Positions 17,668 to 27,663 of a stretch of DNA of 64,000 bases are shown piece after piece. The translations under genes were made by a program, and so were the position numbers. Every line of letters starts with the position of its first letter. Within the stretch, counting starts at the first letter, position 1. This stretch comes from Candidatus Anderseniibacteriota bacterium (GTDB lineage: Bacteria > Patescibacteriota > Andersenbacteria > UBA10190), in NCBI GenBank assembly GCA_016197005.1, contig JACPWO010000001.1:410544-474543 (forward strand). The letters are read 5' to 3'. Below the pieces are notes generated by a model, which saw only the letters and a list, made by a program, of their open reading frames with translations, made no database searches and had not been told where the DNA came from.

Positions 17668-20387
17668 GCAATAGTTACTTGAGCTTCAGTATGTTCTTTT
17701 CCTAATTTCTTGTCCAAAAGGACAAAAATAATATCTTCCCCTTTTAGCTGCGCTTTAATAGAAGATCCCTTCGGGAATTCACCTGACAATAGGGCTGTTG
17801 CTAAAGGATTTTCGAGGCGACGCTGGATTTCACGTCGCAGCGGACGAGCACCAAATGTAGGGTCAAACCCCTCTTGAGAGAGTCGATTGCGCACTTCCTC
17901 ACTAATTTCTAGCTGCAACCCTTGAGCCGCTACTAGACGGCGAACTTCTTCCAGCATAATATCTGCAATTTTCTGCACATGCTTCTTTTCGAGGGGGTGG
18001 AAAACGATCGTTTCATCGACCCGGTTCAAGAACTCTGGCCGAAATACTTCCTTTAGTTTTTGTCCTAACAGCTCTTTGAGGTCTTCCCAGGCTTTCTTAT
18101 CAGTTTGGGCTCGTCGGGCGGCTGTTTGGATCATATCGCTTCCTACATTGCTCGTCATAACAATGAGGGTGTGCCGGAAGTCTACTGTGCGACCCTTGCC
18201 ATCAGTCAGGCGTCCATCTTCAAATACTTGCAGGAGAATATTTAAGACATCAGGATGCGCTTTTTCAATTTCATCGAGCAAAATGACGGAATATGGTCGA
18301 CGACGAACGGCTTCGGTGAGTTGCCCTCCTTCATCGTGACCGACGTAGCCAGGCGGCGAACCAATCATTCGAGAAACCGCATGTTTTTCCATGTATTCCG
18401 ACATATCAAGGCGAATCATGGCGTCTTCTGAACCAAAGAGAGTGAACGCGAGTGCTCGAGTAAGCTCCGTTTTTCCGACACCGGTTGGTCCTAAGAATAG
18501 GAAGGATCCTTGAGGTCGTTTAGGATCTTTTAATCCCGCACGATTGCGACGAATAGCCTCAGAGACTGCCTTTACCGCTTCGTCTTGAGCGATTACTCGT
18601 CGATGTAGTTCAGTTTCCAGAGTGAGGAGACGTTGTCGCTCTGACTGAGTAAGCTGTTCTACCGGTATACCAGTCCAGGCTGAGACGATTGAGGCAATAT
18701 CCTCTGTAGTAACTTCTGCTTGAGAGGTACCTGTCTTTTTCTTCCACGTTTCTTCCTGTGCTTTACTATCTTTTTCCAGTTCTCTTATTTTTTTAGTAAG
18801 TTTTGCCATTTCCATCTTTTTCTTAGCACGTTTTACAGCCGCGAGTTCGCGTTTAGCTATTTTGATTTTCTCTTGGAGGTTTTGTAACGAAGCGGGAGCC
18901 TGAATAGTACGCAGACGGACTTTCGCTGCCGCCTCATCCATAAGATCAATGGCTTTATCCGGCAGGAAACGAGCCCGAATATATTTATCTGACAACGTTA
19001 CCGAGGCAACAATGGCCGCGTCGGAAATAGATATTTTGTGATGAGCCTCATATTTATCTTTGATACCGCGGAGGATATCGATGGCGTCAGGAATTGTAGG
19101 CTCTTCAATAAGGATGGGTTGGAAACGACGCTCCAGTGCCCCATCTTTTTCAATATGTTTTTTATATTCATTTAAGGTAGTAGCACCAATAACTTGTAGT
19201 TCGCCGCGTCCTAAGGCAGGCTTCAAAATATTCGCGGCATCCATGGTACCGCCTTCTCCGCCGGCCCCGGCACCGACGACAGTGTGTAATTCATCGATGA
19301 ACAATATAACTGTTCTTTTTGCCGTTTCTACTTCCTCGATTACTTTCTTGAGACGGTCTTCAAATTCTCCTCGGTATTTCGTACCAGCGACCATACCAGG
19401 TAAATCAAGAGAAAGCACTCGCTTTCCTTTCAGGGCATCCGGTACTTCGCCGTTTATAATTCTAGCCGCTAAACCTTCTGCGATCGCAGTTTTCCCAATA
19501 CCGGGCTCACCAATAAGCACAGGGTTATTTTTCGTCCGTCGCGAGAGAATTTGAATCACTCGCTGCACTTCTTCGGCGCGACCAATGACCGGATCAAGCT
19601 TTCCTTCTTTCGCTAACACTGTTAGATCACGACTGTATTGATCAAGCGTTGGTGTGTTCGATTTTTCTTTGGCCTGACCAGTTTTCTTCCCCGTCTCGCC
19701 GACCGCCGACAGTACTGCCTGGCGCAGTTTGGTAGGCGTTAGGCCATACTTCTTCAACGTCTGTGACGCCAAGCCATCCCCTTCTTCTAAAAGACCGATT
19801 AAGACATGTTCACTACCAACATAGTCATGCTCTAAGTTTCGAGCAGCGTGCCAGGCAAGCTCAAGAGCTTGTTTGGCGCGAGGCGAAAGGTCAGGAAGAG
19901 CGCCTTCCTCGTACTTCTTTTCTTCTTTTGGCATATTTTCCCGCAGATAACCAACGAGTTCTTCTGAATCAATGTCTAAATTATCAAGTATCTTCTTGCT
20001 AACATCTTTCTCTTGAGCAACACCAATAAGGAGATGTTCAGTGTCTAGGGCAGGGGAACCAGCTTTTTGAGCTTCCTCGGCCGCTGCTTGAATAACTTCC
20101 TTAGCGCGATCGGAGAATGCATCAAGAATATTAACTTGTTGAGTGGTCGGAGCTTGTTCTGACATACCTGCATGCCGGTGTTGCCCTCTTCCAAAAAACG
20201 GATCATCAAAAAAACCACTCCCAAAACCAGGAAAACCGGCAAATGGTGAATCGTACGATGAGGAAGTTGATCGAACTCCCAATTCTTCTGCACACGCATT
20301 ACAGAGGTTTAATTCCGCCGTGTGGCCATTCACAGTACGCTGCACTCGCAAGACTGCGGGGCGGCTTTTACAACGCTGACAGTTCAT
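17664..20387 (-). CDS. clpC: ClpC-type Clp ATPase (double AAA+) with N-terminal ClpX-like C4 zinc ribbon
   Basis: Start at [36 protein letters not shown] (C-x2-C-x22-C-x2-C). A Gly/Phe-rich linker is followed by Clp_N repeats and a D1 Walker A (GEPGIGKT). A UVR-like coiled coil sits between D1 and D2. D2 has a Walker A (GPTGVGKT) and a sensor-2. Confidence 0.85.
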   Translation of the reverse strand: MNCQRCKSRPAVLRVQRTVNGHTAELNLCNACAEELGVRSTSSSYDSPFAGFPGFGSGFFDDPFFGRGQHRHAGMSEQAPTTQQVNILDAFSDRAKEVIQAAAEEAQKAGSPALDTEHLLIGVAQEKDVSKKILDNLDIDSEELVGYLRENMPKEEKKYEEGALPDLSPRAKQALELAWHAARNLEHDYVGSEHVLIGLLEEGDGLASQTLKKYGLTPTKLRQAVLSAVGETGKKTGQAKEKSNTPTLDQYSRDLTVLAKEGKLDPVIGRAEEVQRVIQILSRRTKNNPVLIGEPGIGKTAIAEGLAARIINGEVPDALKGKRVLSLDLPGMVAGTKYRGEFEDRLKKVIEEVETAKRTVILFIDELHTVVGAGAGGEGGTMDAANILKPALGRGELQVIGATTLNEYKKHIEKDGALERRFQPILIEEPTIPDAIDILRGIKDKYEAHHKISISDAAIVASVTLSDKYIRARFLPDKAIDLMDEAAAKVRLRTIQAPASLQNLQEKIKIAKRELAAVKRAKKKMEMAKLTKKIRELEKDSKAQEETWKKKTGTSQAEVTTEDIASIVSAWTGIPVEQLTQSERQRLLTLETELHRRVIAQDEAVKAVSEAIRRNRAGLKDPKRPQGSFLFLGPTGVGKTELTRALAFTLFGSEDAMIRLDMSEYMEKHAVSRMIGSPPGYVGHDEGGQLTEAVRRRPYSVILLDEIEKAHPDVLNILLQVFEDGRLTDGKGRTVDFRHTLIVMTSNVGSDMIQTAARRAQTDKKAWEDLKELLGQKLKEVFRPEFLNRVDETIVFHPLEKKHVQKIADIMLEEVRRLVAAQGLQLEISEEVRNRLSQEGFDPTFGARPLRREIQRRLENPLATALLSGEFPKGSSIKAQLKGEDIIFVLLDKKLGKEHTEAQVTIA

Positions 20388-20521
20388 AGGCTGTAGTATA
20401 CAAAAACATAGGATATCCGCTCGACTATTCCGTATATTACCTCCACTTTCAAGACTTTGAGTAAAAAAATCCGCGTACATCCAATAATTGGACATACGCG
20501 GGAATGAACAGATGGGACCGA

Positions 20522-21466
20522 CTACCAACAATAGTAGAATCGGCCACTGCACGGATCCCAGTACCACTGAACCGGTCGACACGGCCAAGCGTAAGCCGTA
20601 TTCATCGTTTGTGGCGGGAGAGTGCTTGTCGGCAGCGAGATGGTCTCGACCGTCTTCTTGACGGCTGGGCTATCACACGAATGAATCAGCTCCTTGATGA
20701 CACTGACGATGCGCTCGCAGCAGTCATCTTCCGATGAGGGAGGACTTTTTGAAAGCGCCTCATTCACGGAAAGCTGAGCGACCATGCACAACCTTGACGG
20801 GTCCTGCCAGTTGACACCAAACTCCGCTTGCGCTGCCTCTCGGTAGCTTGCGACAGCGTTGGTGAGAGTTTCCACCTTGGATTCGACACGTAAACTACTT
20901 CGCTCGATGCGCTCGAGCCGCTCGACGACGTCTTTCTCGAAGTTGTCTCCAAAATTCGTCGCTGGCGGACTTTTGTCGGATTCGAGAGTCTTCAAGCGGC
21001 TTTCGTGATTTTCGAGCGTCGTCTGTTGCTTTCCCAACTTTTCTTCATGTTCACCAAGCTTTTTCCCGTGCTCGGCCACTTGGGGAAAGAAAAACTCAAA
21101 CGCTTGCCGCGTGAGCTCTTCCTTGCTCGACGTTGGAAGCGCCTGAGCAATCCTTGCGCCTTCTTCGCGCTGCACACGAGCAGCCTCGATGAAGAGATCA
21201 CGGACATCGATTGACTGTGGGACAGTCGCAGCTGCGTTCGTCGCGACGCCCGCGGGAGACGTTGTCGATGGCGCAACCGTTGTCGGAGCGGGGGCGGCGG
21301 GTGCTGGTGATGGAGTTGTCAGAGCCGTTGTCGAAGGGATGGCGGGCTGTGTTGGCCCGGCTTGCTTCGAATCATCAGTGTTGGAAGTGGGCAAAGTTGT
21401 CCAACCAATCGCCATCGCGATTGCAAACACCACTGCGATGACACAAATTCGGAACGACTTCTTCAT
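20522..21466 (-). CDS. Secreted hypothetical protein (signal peptide, Pro/Ala/Thr-rich linker, coiled-coil, Cys-rich C-terminus)
   Basis: 314 aa. Opens with MKKSFRICVIAVVFAIAMA. A PT-rich linker (TTPSPAPAAPAPTTVAPSTTSP) follows. The C-terminus is C/W-rich (WPCRPVQWYWDPCSGRFYYCW). Confidence 0.5.
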   Translation of the reverse strand: MKKSFRICVIAVVFAIAMAIGWTTLPTSNTDDSKQAGPTQPAIPSTTALTTPSPAPAAPAPTTVAPSTTSPAGVATNAAATVPQSIDVRDLFIEAARVQREEGARIAQALPTSSKEELTRQAFEFFFPQVAEHGKKLGEHEEKLGKQQTTLENHESRLKTLESDKSPPATNFGDNFEKDVVERLERIERSSLRVESKVETLTNAVASYREAAQAEFGVNWQDPSRLCMVAQLSVNEALSKSPPSSEDDCCERIVSVIKELIHSCDSPAVKKTVETISLPTSTLPPQTMNTAYAWPCRPVQWYWDPCSGRFYYCW

Positions 21467-21669
21467 TTAAAATCTCCTGACAAAAGGGGTTAGTCCTTGC
21501 CAGCACCGCGCTGGTAAGGAACATAGGGTTTGGCTATATTTAGTTTGCAATATTCATCCCAGAACAGAGCTGTCTATATTTACATAACCTAGGTTCTTTT
21601 GTCAATACTGGCTAAACAAAAAGCCCACGAGTTCTTTGAACATCGTGGGCATGTAAGGGTGCATCGATT

Positions 21670-22404
21670 TTAGGGAACGCCTCCAAAGCTGGGATAGGTC
21701 AGCTCTCCACGCCAGCTATGGTTCGCATGTTTACAATCAAACATATACCGCAGTGTCGGATCAGTTACCAGATACGTTTTACGACGACAGTCGTCGATAT
21801 ACGCCTGCTGGTAGGTACGGACCGACTCTTGCAATCGGCTGCGCTCTGCCCAGTCCTTGAGCTCGAGTTGCTTTCTCAGCTTCTCGTTCTCTGCTGCAGT
21901 AGCAGCAGTCTGCGCAGCCCTATCAGCACTTTGCTGTTGCAGAAGACCAGCGATTTGCTGCTGCAGCGCCACGACATCTGGCGAAGGACCACCTGTCGCC
22001 TGTTTAGGAGCCAGGACAGTAGCCAGTGGAATCAGGAGAGCGGCGTCCGCTTCCTTCTTCATCTGGTACTCCTTGACCGCCGTCATCCGCTCAATCATGC
22101 GATCGGCGGCATCAGGTTGCTGCGGCTGGTTTGAGACACTCGTGCGAGGCCACTCGGCGAGCACTTGTGAATTTCTTCCGTCCAGCTTTCCGTTGATCTC
22201 CCGAAGCAGCCTCGTGGTATTCGTCGCATTACTTTCCAGGGCTTCAAATCGCGGCTTAATGTTTCTGAGGTCGTACTCTGTGAATTTGTCAGAGACTACC
22301 TTGGAAACTTCTTCTTTCGTCGCGTACGACTTTTTTGAATCCCCACATCCGCTTACAACTAAACAGACGCAGACGACCAGAGCAGTGTTGAGGTAACGCT
22401 CCAT
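21670..22404 (-). CDS. Putative lipoprotein, coiled-coil
   Basis: 244 aa. A signal peptide with lipobox-like LVVSGCG, then Q/A/E-rich coiled-coil segments. Confidence 0.5.
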   Translation of the reverse strand: MERYLNTALVVCVCLVVSGCGDSKKSYATKEEVSKVVSDKFTEYDLRNIKPRFEALESNATNTTRLLREINGKLDGRNSQVLAEWPRTSVSNQPQQPDAADRMIERMTAVKEYQMKKEADAALLIPLATVLAPKQATGGPSPDVVALQQQIAGLLQQQSADRAAQTAATAAENEKLRKQLELKDWAERSRLQESVRTYQQAYIDDCRRKTYLVTDPTLRYMFDCKHANHSWRGELTYPSFGGVP

Positions 22405-23753
22405 GGTGAGATTTCTCCTTCGAGTTGAGTGGTGTCAGGTTGAGTAGTGGGCTGGGAGTTGTCTTCACTCGATGAATCTTTGAGCAAGCTCTCACCCACC
22501 GGGGGTAGTTCAATCTTGATCTCGTCTTCGCTTTGAAGCGATGACGAGGACTCAGAACGAAAGTTTGACCAGGTAACTATAGCAACAACGAGCAGAATGC
22601 CCGCAGCCGCAGCAGCTCCCCAGTACCAACGATTCTGGCGTCTTCTCCGCGCAGTGATTTCCAATTGAAGCCTATCGAGATCATTTCGAGTGGCTAGCGG
22701 CACTTCGTTTTTTGCCAAGGCAAGGTCAGCATCATACTTCGTTTTGGAAACTGCAGTAGCAGCTTCCCCAAGCTTGGCCTTAACCTTCTCGACACCCTCC
22801 GGCGTCGTATCTTCGCCAGTAGCATCTTTCCAAGACTGCCGAAGAGGGGTCAACGCCGCACTCACTGCCGCGTCCACCTGATCCTTCGTGAAGTGATCCT
22901 TACGAAGCGTAGTGAGATCGCCTTGTAGACGAGCGCTTTCTTTTAGTGCCTCATCAAGCTTATCGACGAGCAGAGGATCAGTGCCACTTGGCACCGGAGC
23001 AGGGTTTGTATTAGCCACGCGACGCGGATTTGCCACAATCAGTGGCACTGCCCCATCGATAGCTTTGTCCAACTCATCGATCGCATCCGTGCGGTTGCTT
23101 GTTAGATTCCATTCAGGCGGAATGAGAACCAGCGGAACTTTGAATGAGTCCCTGATATGAAGGAGCACGTCACAAAATGTCGTGTATGCTTGCTCATCCG
23201 TATTCCGAGACCGGTGCAGATCGCGGTACTGCTTACTAGACAACGTATGTCCAGCCTTCTTCAACGCTTCCAGCAACTTCTCACGAAGCTGCGCGCGTCG
23301 AATGGTCATCTCGATCTCATCCTTGATTGTGTTCAGCTCGTCCGACCGACTGCTAACATCGCCATCGGCAATGTTTGCCTCTGTCCATCCTTTAGGGTTG
23401 GCCAAAAGCGTGAGACAATGGCCTCGTTCCCCATCCTTTAGGGCCGAAGCATTGGTCACTTTGCGGTCGAGTTGTCGCACAAGATCAACAAGCTCTTTCT
23501 TTTCCATGTTTCTGTTCTCCGTTTTTGGGGTAGGAATGTATCGATGAGGACGTACACTCCTATCGATGGTTAAATTGCCGTTTTCTTGCTCGTCGCGAAG
23601 ACGAGATGTGATAGCACTAGCATGTACATCGAAGCCACGCTCTTTCAGCTTAGCCACAATGTCTTTTGCCAGAAATCCATCGGGGTTTACCTGCTTTACT
23701 GCTTCAAGAACAGCAGGGAAATCCTGCTGCCAAGAGTTTTGAGAACGGTTCAT
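22359..23753 (-). CDS. Hypothetical single-pass membrane protein (cytoplasmic winged-helix-like N-domain, coiled-coil, C-terminal TM and acidic/Ser-rich exterior tail)
   Basis: 464 aa with a TM helix WYWGAAAAAGILLVVAIVTW near residue 390. The N-terminal 70 aa resemble a small helical DNA-binding-like domain; this is a weak impression. Confidence 0.5.
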   Translation of the reverse strand: MNRSQNSWQQDFPAVLEAVKQVNPDGFLAKDIVAKLKERGFDVHASAITSRLRDEQENGNLTIDRSVRPHRYIPTPKTENRNMEKKELVDLVRQLDRKVTNASALKDGERGHCLTLLANPKGWTEANIADGDVSSRSDELNTIKDEIEMTIRRAQLREKLLEALKKAGHTLSSKQYRDLHRSRNTDEQAYTTFCDVLLHIRDSFKVPLVLIPPEWNLTSNRTDAIDELDKAIDGAVPLIVANPRRVANTNPAPVPSGTDPLLVDKLDEALKESARLQGDLTTLRKDHFTKDQVDAAVSAALTPLRQSWKDATGEDTTPEGVEKVKAKLGEAATAVSKTKYDADLALAKNEVPLATRNDLDRLQLEITARRRRQNRWYWGAAAAAGILLVVAIVTWSNFRSESSSSLQSEDEIKIELPPVGESLLKDSSSEDNSQPTTQPDTTQLEGEISPWSVTSTLLWSSASV

Positions 23754-23874
23754 GGTGCACTTCCCATTTAGGGTTTAAATTTCCGAAATAACGGTCAATA
23801 AAAACGTCGGAGAAATATTACATATAAATATACTCTTGTCAAGTTATTCTCCTTATGCTATGGTCCTTTGTTCT

Positions 23875-24918
23875 ATGAAAGTAACTTTTGTTGGACAACT
23901 GAGTGTTTTAGGAACTTCGCCTACAGAAAAACGCATTCGGGCACTCCTTGCGTCTACTCGTAAGCGAGGATACGAAACAATGGCTTTTTCTGCTACCGAA
24001 AAAATAAAAAACATAAACGGAGCAACAATTAAATATCGACCTTCCTTTTCACCACAATCTCGAGGTGGCTGGCTCTATACTATTCTCTCTCTCCTTTCAG
24101 CAACGAGATCTGGAGCAGACACAATTCACTTAACTACCTGGCGCGCAGGTGCTTTAGCGTGGCTAGCAGCTACGCTGCGACCCACTGCTACAATCGTGTG
24201 GACCATCTCAACAATGCCACGTGCTGGGTCTCTCCTCAGTCGCTTCGTGATTTGGCAAGCGGCACGCGCATGTGATGCGATCACCGTGCCAACACGTAGT
24301 CTGCAGTACTTACTGCGGCTACACTTCAATTTACTCGCAGCATATATCCCAGATGGATATGAGGCCCCTATTACTCCAGATATTCCGGCTAAAACATGGA
24401 ATGTACGGAAGGGTCTCTATACTGTCGCTATAACCACTTCTAGTGCAGATCGCAGACGTATTTTGAAAGCATACAAAGCAACTGGAACACATAAGAAGAT
24501 CCTTGTATTTAAAGAAAACGAACTCAGTGAGCGACAACTTTCTTCACTCGTTCGACAAGCCGCCGTAGTAGTTTTGTTCGACTCCGGTACGCGCAGTAGC
24601 GTCCTCCTGCAAGCGATGGATGCTGGGAAGCCAATAGTTGCTGTTAACGAACCCCTGTATGCCGAAGTGTTAGGAACAGCCGGAAAAGTACTACGACGGA
24701 GTGATGCTAAATATCTCAGAGAATTACTTACAGATATTGTAAAAAATCCTTCTATTCAGAAAGAACTAGGTGTTCAAGCTCAGAAGCGGTCTCAAGCGCA
24801 TTTTAGCTGGACACGAATTTCCGATGAGTACGACAAGCTCTATCACTACCCGTTAGTACGCCGCGTACCCGTCGACTCAATCCAGCGCTCGCGTCTAACT
24901 GATCCGGCAGTATACTAA
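23875..24918 (+). CDS. Glycosyltransferase family 1 (GT4-type)
   Basis: Start at MKVTFVGQLS. The C-terminal Rossmann half carries an E-x7-E-like motif (SVLLQAMDAGKPIVAVNEPLYAEVLG). Confidence 0.65.
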   Translation: MKVTFVGQLSVLGTSPTEKRIRALLASTRKRGYETMAFSATEKIKNINGATIKYRPSFSPQSRGGWLYTILSLLSATRSGADTIHLTTWRAGALAWLAATLRPTATIVWTISTMPRAGSLLSRFVIWQAARACDAITVPTRSLQYLLRLHFNLLAAYIPDGYEAPITPDIPAKTWNVRKGLYTVAITTSSADRRRILKAYKATGTHKKILVFKENELSERQLSSLVRQAAVVVLFDSGTRSSVLLQAMDAGKPIVAVNEPLYAEVLGTAGKVLRRSDAKYLRELLTDIVKNPSIQKELGVQAQKRSQAHFSWTRISDEYDKLYHYPLVRRVPVDSIQRSRLTDPAVY

Positions 24919-24924
24919 GACCAC

Positions 24925-25005
24925 GCGGATGTGGCGGAACGGTATACGCGCATGGCTTAGGACCATGTGGGGCAACCCGTGGAGGTTCGAATCCTCTCAT
25001 CCGCA
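24925..25005 (+). tRNA. tRNA-Leu (anticodon TAG), class II with long variable arm
   Basis: GCGGATG...CATGG-CTTAGGA-CCATG...long variable arm...GGAGG-TTCGAAT-CCTCT-CATCCGC-A. Confidence 0.85.
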
Positions 25006-25157
25006 CTAAGGCCTAAAAAGGCATTATATTGCGGTTTTATATACAAAACATTGACTTTTGTTGGTTTTTGATGTAAAAATAATAGTCTCTGTATAGACAT
25101 ATTGGCTGCACGGGACGTACTTCGAAAACACGAAAACCCCTCAACTAGGAGAATCCC

Positions 25158-26285
25158 TTGAACGGTCACCTCAATCCCCAGACAGTGAGCTTGAGCATTA
25201 TTGGAGTATTCATTGGTTTGTGCGTGGCGTTGGCTTCGCTGGCTTCAACCCCAGCAGCCACAACGCTGTGGGCGATCCTGCCCATCCCTATCCTTCTCAT
25301 TGTTGCCTTCGGCTGCATTTATAGCATTCCGACAAATAAAATGGGTGTGATTCGTTTATTAAACGGGCCGCAGGTAGCTGCGTTCGTGAACAGCGACACA
25401 GCTAGGCAGCACGAGGATCATCTAATGGATCCAAATGGAGTTGCTATACATCGTGGGAAAACGATGCTCGAGTGTGGTGCTTCCGAAGGAATCTTCGGAT
25501 TTCCCCTCATCATTATTATCCCGAAGCTTTACACTCTCACGTGGTTTCCAACTTCACCTCAAGAGGTAGACATTGCGGCAACACAAGTTCAAACAAAACC
25601 AATAGGAGAAGACACTGGCAAGATTTCGGGCACGGTAGACTCTACATTCTACCTGACTGTCGGGCCGAACGTGAGTCAACTCTTCCAAGGGGTGCCAGAT
25701 ATTGCCAATTACAACGATCTGGCAGAGAAGTGCAAGATCAAGAATAAAAGTGGAAAAGAGTTCGAGGGCACCCGGTTCGAGAGTCTTCTCCATAGTGCGT
25801 TTGAGGAAACAATTCGAGGAGCAATTCGATCGGCCGTCGCCCTTGAGTTCACCTATCGAGGGAAAAATGATGATCTGGACAAAAATACCGCTAAGCTCGA
25901 AGAAATGGTTTTCGAGAAGCTCCATGAGCCTGGCAGTGTGTTGGTGAAGGGCGGTGTCATCAGCGATGTTTGGCCGAATTATCTCGGTCCGAGCGTTTTG
26001 TCCAATAACTTCGTTGTTGAGACTATTGATTGGCCAGAGGATGTGAAAAAAGCTGAGAACCAACCAATAATCGCGCAGCGAGAGGCTACCGCTGACATTA
26101 TCAAACGGAAAGCAGCTGGTACCGGCGACAAGCAGGCTCTGGAGGAACTCATATCCACCGGAGTATCCAAGGAACAAGCTCTTATGAGCACGACCTTACG
26201 CCAGGTTTCTAATGCCACCGTTATCAATGTTGGCAGTAGTGGGATCCCCATTACCCTCACAACAACTCCACCGAAAACCCCATGA
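25158..26285 (+). CDS. SPFH/band-7 (stomatin/flotillin-like) membrane protein
   Basis: 375 aa. Two N-terminal TM helices, then GVIRLLNGPQ...GFPLIIIIPKLYTL...VDIAATQVQTK...ISGTVDSTFYLTV, which resembles the SPFH core, and a C-terminal coiled-coil tail. Confidence 0.5.
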   Translation: MNGHLNPQTVSLSIIGVFIGLCVALASLASTPAATTLWAILPIPILLIVAFGCIYSIPTNKMGVIRLLNGPQVAAFVNSDTARQHEDHLMDPNGVAIHRGKTMLECGASEGIFGFPLIIIIPKLYTLTWFPTSPQEVDIAATQVQTKPIGEDTGKISGTVDSTFYLTVGPNVSQLFQGVPDIANYNDLAEKCKIKNKSGKEFEGTRFESLLHSAFEETIRGAIRSAVALEFTYRGKNDDLDKNTAKLEEMVFEKLHEPGSVLVKGGVISDVWPNYLGPSVLSNNFVVETIDWPEDVKKAENQPIIAQREATADIIKRKAAGTGDKQALEELISTGVSKEQALMSTTLRQVSNATVINVGSSGIPITLTTTPPKTP

Positions 26286-26297
26286 AGGATAGATAAC

Positions 26298-27308
26298 ATG
26301 ACTGAATTTTTTCGTTCGGAAACAGGAGTAGCAAGTATTCTACTGATTATCTTCAGCGCAATTGCTCTGACGATAATTATAAAGAAGTTTGCGCCCGCCG
26401 TTACCTTCGGATGGATCAAGAAGGTACCAACCTCCCCTGTGTTTTGGGCAATTATCTTCATATTGTTCCTCACGCCTTGGGGCTGGTCACTCACGCGCCA
26501 GATTGCTTCTTTGCCAGTACGCACCCATGGTGACCCCACCATGGTGGCGTACATAACCGGTGAAGATACATCAGAGCAGGAGACGGGAAATGAGGAAATC
26601 ACCTCCCCCTTCACGTTTGAGATGGCCCGACTAGTGTATAGCCGAGAGCCATTCCAAAATGGCGCCACTCCAAATTCTTCCCAGTCGTTTCCCACATACG
26701 AGATCACTACCGAAGGTCAAAACCCAACGGTATTCTCAGGGATCGACTGCACGCTGTGTCAAGGAGGCACAATTGTAACCAGTTGCCCTCAATCTGGGGA
26801 AGGGTTCCGAAAGAGATTACACCTTGGCTCGGAATCAGATTGGATATCTTTGCCACGTACAGAACATGAGTGGTCTATTGATGGGGACGATGAACTGCTC
26901 TATCTCCGGGGAACTGGAAGTGTGGGTAATCGGTTTACTCCGAACCTACAAATCCGTTTGCCCGGAAAAGCCATTGTAACCCGCTCTATTTGGCAGATAT
27001 CTGGTGGGGAATCAGTAAAATGGGGGAAAATTCCTCTTTTGCCGTCAGGCTGGCAGTGGACACTCTCCCTTCGTTTCGTCAGACCCGATGCTGTGTCGTT
27101 TCCTCCAGAAGTGTGGAGTGCTGATCGCGCTGCGTTCATTCTATGGGCAGCAGATGAGTCACACATCCTTCACGAAGAAAAGTTGGCACAAGAAGAAACA
27201 AAGCGTACCAACCAAATCGTGAAGGAGGATGCAGTTCTGGAAATCTTCGCGCCTCACTTGCCGGAGCTCGTCGAAGTACGAGCGACTCTCCGTATTGAGC
27301 CGCTTTGA
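26298..27308 (+). CDS. Hypothetical membrane protein (two N-terminal TM helices, Cys-containing extracytoplasmic domain)
   Basis: 336 aa. It sits 13 bp downstream of the SPFH gene and could be an NfeD-like partner; this is speculative. Confidence 0.45.
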   Translation: MTEFFRSETGVASILLIIFSAIALTIIIKKFAPAVTFGWIKKVPTSPVFWAIIFILFLTPWGWSLTRQIASLPVRTHGDPTMVAYITGEDTSEQETGNEEITSPFTFEMARLVYSREPFQNGATPNSSQSFPTYEITTEGQNPTVFSGIDCTLCQGGTIVTSCPQSGEGFRKRLHLGSESDWISLPRTEHEWSIDGDDELLYLRGTGSVGNRFTPNLQIRLPGKAIVTRSIWQISGGESVKWGKIPLLPSGWQWTLSLRFVRPDAVSFPPEVWSADRAAFILWAADESHILHEEKLAQEETKRTNQIVKEDAVLEIFAPHLPELVEVRATLRIEPL

Positions 27309-27359
27309 TTGTTCTTTAACCTCAACCCCGCCGTTCGGTTTTACCGAGCGGCGGATTTT

Positions 27360-27584
27360 TTATATCCAAGAAATAATAATATTGGCGATCGCGGCGAAAA
27401 AACCAAGCATGACGAGACTGACTAGAAGTTTTAAAAAGGTGTTACGAATTGGAATCTGTTTATCTCCGTCGCCATAGTTCCAATTAAATTGAACAGATGC
27501 ACGGATAATAAGAAGTAAAAGTATTGAGGCGATAAGAAGAAAGACTCCGTTTACTCCAATCGTAATCAAAGCGCGGTCCAGCAT
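27360..27584 (-). CDS. Small two-TM membrane protein (hypothetical)
   Basis: 74 aa with two hydrophobic helices. Confidence 0.3.
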   Translation of the reverse strand: MLDRALITIGVNGVFLLIASILLLLIIRASVQFNWNYGDGDKQIPIRNTFLKLLVSLVMLGFFAAIANIIISWI

Positions 27585-27663
27585 GTTTTTAGTGTACTAA
27601 AAATCCTTATATATAACACAACGAGCAGGGATCCTGCTCGTTGTGAGTCGAAACACTTAACGC

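Noticed and set aside
24803-25006. 67-aa minus-strand ORF overlapping tRNA-Leu(TAG)
   Set aside because: It is completely explained by the tRNA gene and the 3' end of the GT1 gene on the other strand.
20389-25157. Genomic island integrated at tRNA-Leu(TAG)
   Set aside because: The GC-rich block lies on the 5' side of the plus-strand tRNA, and classical tRNA-targeting integrases insert at the 3' end. No integrase, no direct repeat of the tRNA 3' end and no phage genes were seen. The elevated GC may simply reflect Pro/Ala/Thr-rich coding. It is kept as a lower-confidence compositional observation.
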